The translations under genes were made by a program, and so were the position numbers. Below the pieces are notes generated by a model that worked only from the letters and a program-made list of their open reading frames with translations, ran no database searches and was not told the DNA's origin. Of a stretch of 64,000 nucleotides of DNA, positions 63,426-64,000 are shown one piece after another. The DNA comes from Eledone cirrhosa (Eukaryota): contig OZ024740.1 in the NCBI GenBank assembly GCA_964016885.1, forward strand, positions 101,184,001 to 101,248,000, in the 5' to 3' direction. The number at the start of each line of letters is the position of its first letter. Position 1 is the stretch's first letter.

Positions 63426-63810
63426 TTAATAGAACTTTCTACAATTTACCTGGGCGCAATATCATAGACTTTAGTAAGATTGATAAAAATTATGCACAGT
63501 TCCACATCATGTACTCAAGCTTTATCCTGAACTTGCTCTATTTCAAAAGTTATGTTTTTGCAAACTAGAGCAAGAGATTTCTCCGAATAACCTAATGGCC
63601 AATATAAACAGTGATGTCTTTAAACTTCCCTGATGGAGCTGAACATGTTTCTGTAGAAAATATTAGTCATGTGATCAATAGCTGCCAAAGATGTCATTAA
63701 CGTATATCTTCCAATATGACATAATGTTGAAACAATATGCAATATCATACTTAAGAAAGACTGTTTAGGGATAGATATAGGGAATAGCCCTGGTATATAA
63801 TATATACGTA

Positions 63811-64000
63811 CATCATCAACCTAAGGAATATTGGTGGAGCATTGTCATCACAACATATGCCAATTTCAAATACAACAAGCCTGATATAGTTGTTTGGGAG
63901 AGGAAAAAATTATATACAGCAACAGAGGTCAGCTGCCCGGGAGATGTAAACATTTCTGTCGAAATCAATGAGAATGAGAATATTTATGGACAACTACCCA
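63811..64000 (+). pseudogene. RLE endonuclease fragment of an R2-group (R4/Dong/NeSL-like) retrotransposon
   Basis: Open frame KEYWWSIVITT..FKYNKPDIVVWERKK....EVSCPGDVNISVEINENENIYGQL; runs off the window. Confidence 0.75.

Overview
AT-rich eukaryotic DNA dense in microsatellites and transposons. The (TA)n/(GAT)n arrays, RTE LINEs and CORE-like/Meta-like tRNA-SINEs are most consistent with an octopus (cephalopod) genome; this is an inference from the repeat content. No intact host coding sequence is visible, only a few candidate short exons. Main contents: a young, 5'-truncated RTE LINE (1044-4119) with one TGG>TAG stop and a C4HC3 PHD-type finger inside the RT region, plus related copies; three tRNA-SINE families; Penelope-like remnants (GIY-YIG) and hammerhead-ribozyme motifs, one with a U3-A8 compensatory core; several long fold-back elements in (TA)n; a cluster of CRE-like RLE retrotransposon 3' ends in a CpG-retaining domain (about 43.7-50.8 kb); a non-autonomous Helitron; mariner, Tigger-like, hAT-like and piggyBac-like DNA elements; and another RLE fragment at the right edge. 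All family assignments come from reading motifs by eye, not from database searches.
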